IMG/VR virus record: IMGVR_UViG_3300011442_000007
DNA: 40,563 nucleotides
Source of the DNA: a virus
Direction: 5' to 3' (one strand)
Shown piece after piece: positions 39,596 to 40,563 of the stretch. Made by a program: the position numbers and the translations under genes. Under the pieces are notes generated by a model, which had not been told where the DNA came from, ran no database searches, and worked only from the letters and a program-made list of their open reading frames with translations. How positions within the stretch are numbered: position 1 is the stretch's first letter; each line of letters begins with the position of its first letter.

Positions 39596-40563
39596 TCCCA
39601 TTCATAGGATTTGTTCCCGACGTCGATGAACTGACGCCAGGCGCGATCCTGGATGCCAGCCAGATCATCCCAACGCAGAAGGGGATACAGGCATGCCCAT
39701 CCACGGTAACAGCAGGCCCATCTGCCTTACCTGCGGAATGCCGGGGCGCCGCTCTGCTACGGAATCTGTCTGGCGTGAACCGGCTTATTGCGGGGACCAG
39801 TACGAATTTATTCGAAGCTGGGTCCACGGCATGGGGCACAGTCTCCGCTTCGTCCGCTGGTTACAGTCTCGGAACGGACGACCGATGGAGCTTCTGCCAG
39901 TTCGGCAACTCAGCAATCGCGGCGACGATCAGCGAGAAAATACAACGTAGCACCAGCGGCAACTTCGCGACGATCACTGCCGCACCCAAAGCCCAGATCG
40001 TCGAATCACTCAAGGGGTTCGTCCTTGCGCTACATACCAACGAAACTACCTTCGGTGATAGTACAGATCGATGGTTTTCCTGCGCTCAGTATGATGAGAC
40101 TGACTGGACCCCAAGTGTCGCAACTCAGTGCGCTACCGGCCGCCTCGTTGAAGGCGGCGGTCCTATCACTGCTGGCAGGAAGCTCGGCGACGATCTCATC
40201 GTCTACAAACGCCGAGCCATGTTCATCGGCCGATACGCCGGTCCTCCCTCAGTCTGGGACTTCGTCCAAGTCACAACGGAAATCGGGTGCGTTGGGCAAG
40301 AGGCGGTCATAAACATTGGATACGCCCACATCTTCGCTGCTGAGGACAACATCTATCTATTTGATGGGGTCCGACCACAGTCAATCGCTGATGGGAAAGT
40401 TCGAGAGTGGTTCACCAGCAACCTCAACCCGGTCTATAACTACCGGACAAAAGCCTTCTGGGACAAGCGAAGAAACCTCGCGTGGATCTTCTTCGTCTCC
40501 ACCGGAGGATCGTCAATCTGCGACTCCGGCCTGGTTTACCACACGCTCACAGGTCGATGGGGA
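39592..40563 (+). CDS. 5' portion of a wrap-around ORF (about 483 aa in total with 124..603); putative tail hub/nozzle-type protein
   Basis: The ATG at 39592 overlaps the upstream TGA. Hand translation shows no stop before the window end. It is absent from the ORF track because it is unterminated. It is in phase with frame 1 at the window start. Confidence 0.6.
   Translation, partial: MIPFIGFVPDVDELTPGAILDASQIIPTQKGIQACPSTVTAGPSALPAECRGAALLRNLSGVNRLIAGTSTNLFEAGSTAWGTVSASSAGYSLGTDDRWSFCQFGNSAIAATISEKIQRSTSGNFATITAAPKAQIVESLKGFVLALHTNETTFGDSTDRWFSCAQYDETDWTPSVATQCATGRLVEGGGPITAGRKLGDDLIVYKRRAMFIGRYAGPPSVWDFVQVTTEIGCVGQEAVINIGYAHIFAAEDNIYLFDGVRPQSIADGKVREWFTSNLNPVYNYRTKAFWDKRRNLAWIFFVSTGGSSICDSGLVYHTLTGRWG
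40441..40563. repeat. Exact direct repeat of 1..123
   Basis: Identical 123 nt at both window ends. Confidence 0.95.

Overview
The window appears to be a complete tailed-phage genome. Its first 123 bp (1..123) are identical to its last 123 bp (40441..40563), and one ORF reads in frame across that junction, so the unique molecule is about 40,440 bp and is circular or circularly permuted. The organisation is podovirus-like and mosaic. (i) A rightward virion block runs across the window ends: small and large terminase, portal, a five-gene insertion, scaffold, major capsid, a five-gene glycosyltransferase/methyltransferase cassette, adaptor and tail hub, internal or ejection proteins, and two receptor-binding proteins that flank an opposite-strand outer-membrane-protein moron. 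(ii) A lysis-like block (8.6-11.7 kb) has three multi-TM proteins and a GH24 lysozyme with a C-terminal membrane anchor. (iii) A leftward early operon (18497 down to 11740) starts with two unusual tandem-repeat proteins, one a 36 x 9-bp tripeptide-repeat protein and the other a 26-unit pentapeptide-repeat protein. It then carries a recombination module (annealing-type protein, NinB, DUF932). (iv) A rightward early operon (18641..24214) has a small, possibly leaderless HTH gene, an SNF2-type helicase, a DNA methyltransferase, a replication organiser and a VRR-NUC-like nuclease. I saw no integrase, CI-type repressor, DNA polymerase, tRNA, CRISPR array or reverse transcriptase. The best candidates for undescribed biology are the virion-module TPR-glycosyltransferase/methyltransferase cassette (35269..38998) and the pair of repeat proteins at the head of the leftward operon (16347..18497). 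All family assignments come from motifs read by eye in the translations. No database search was run.
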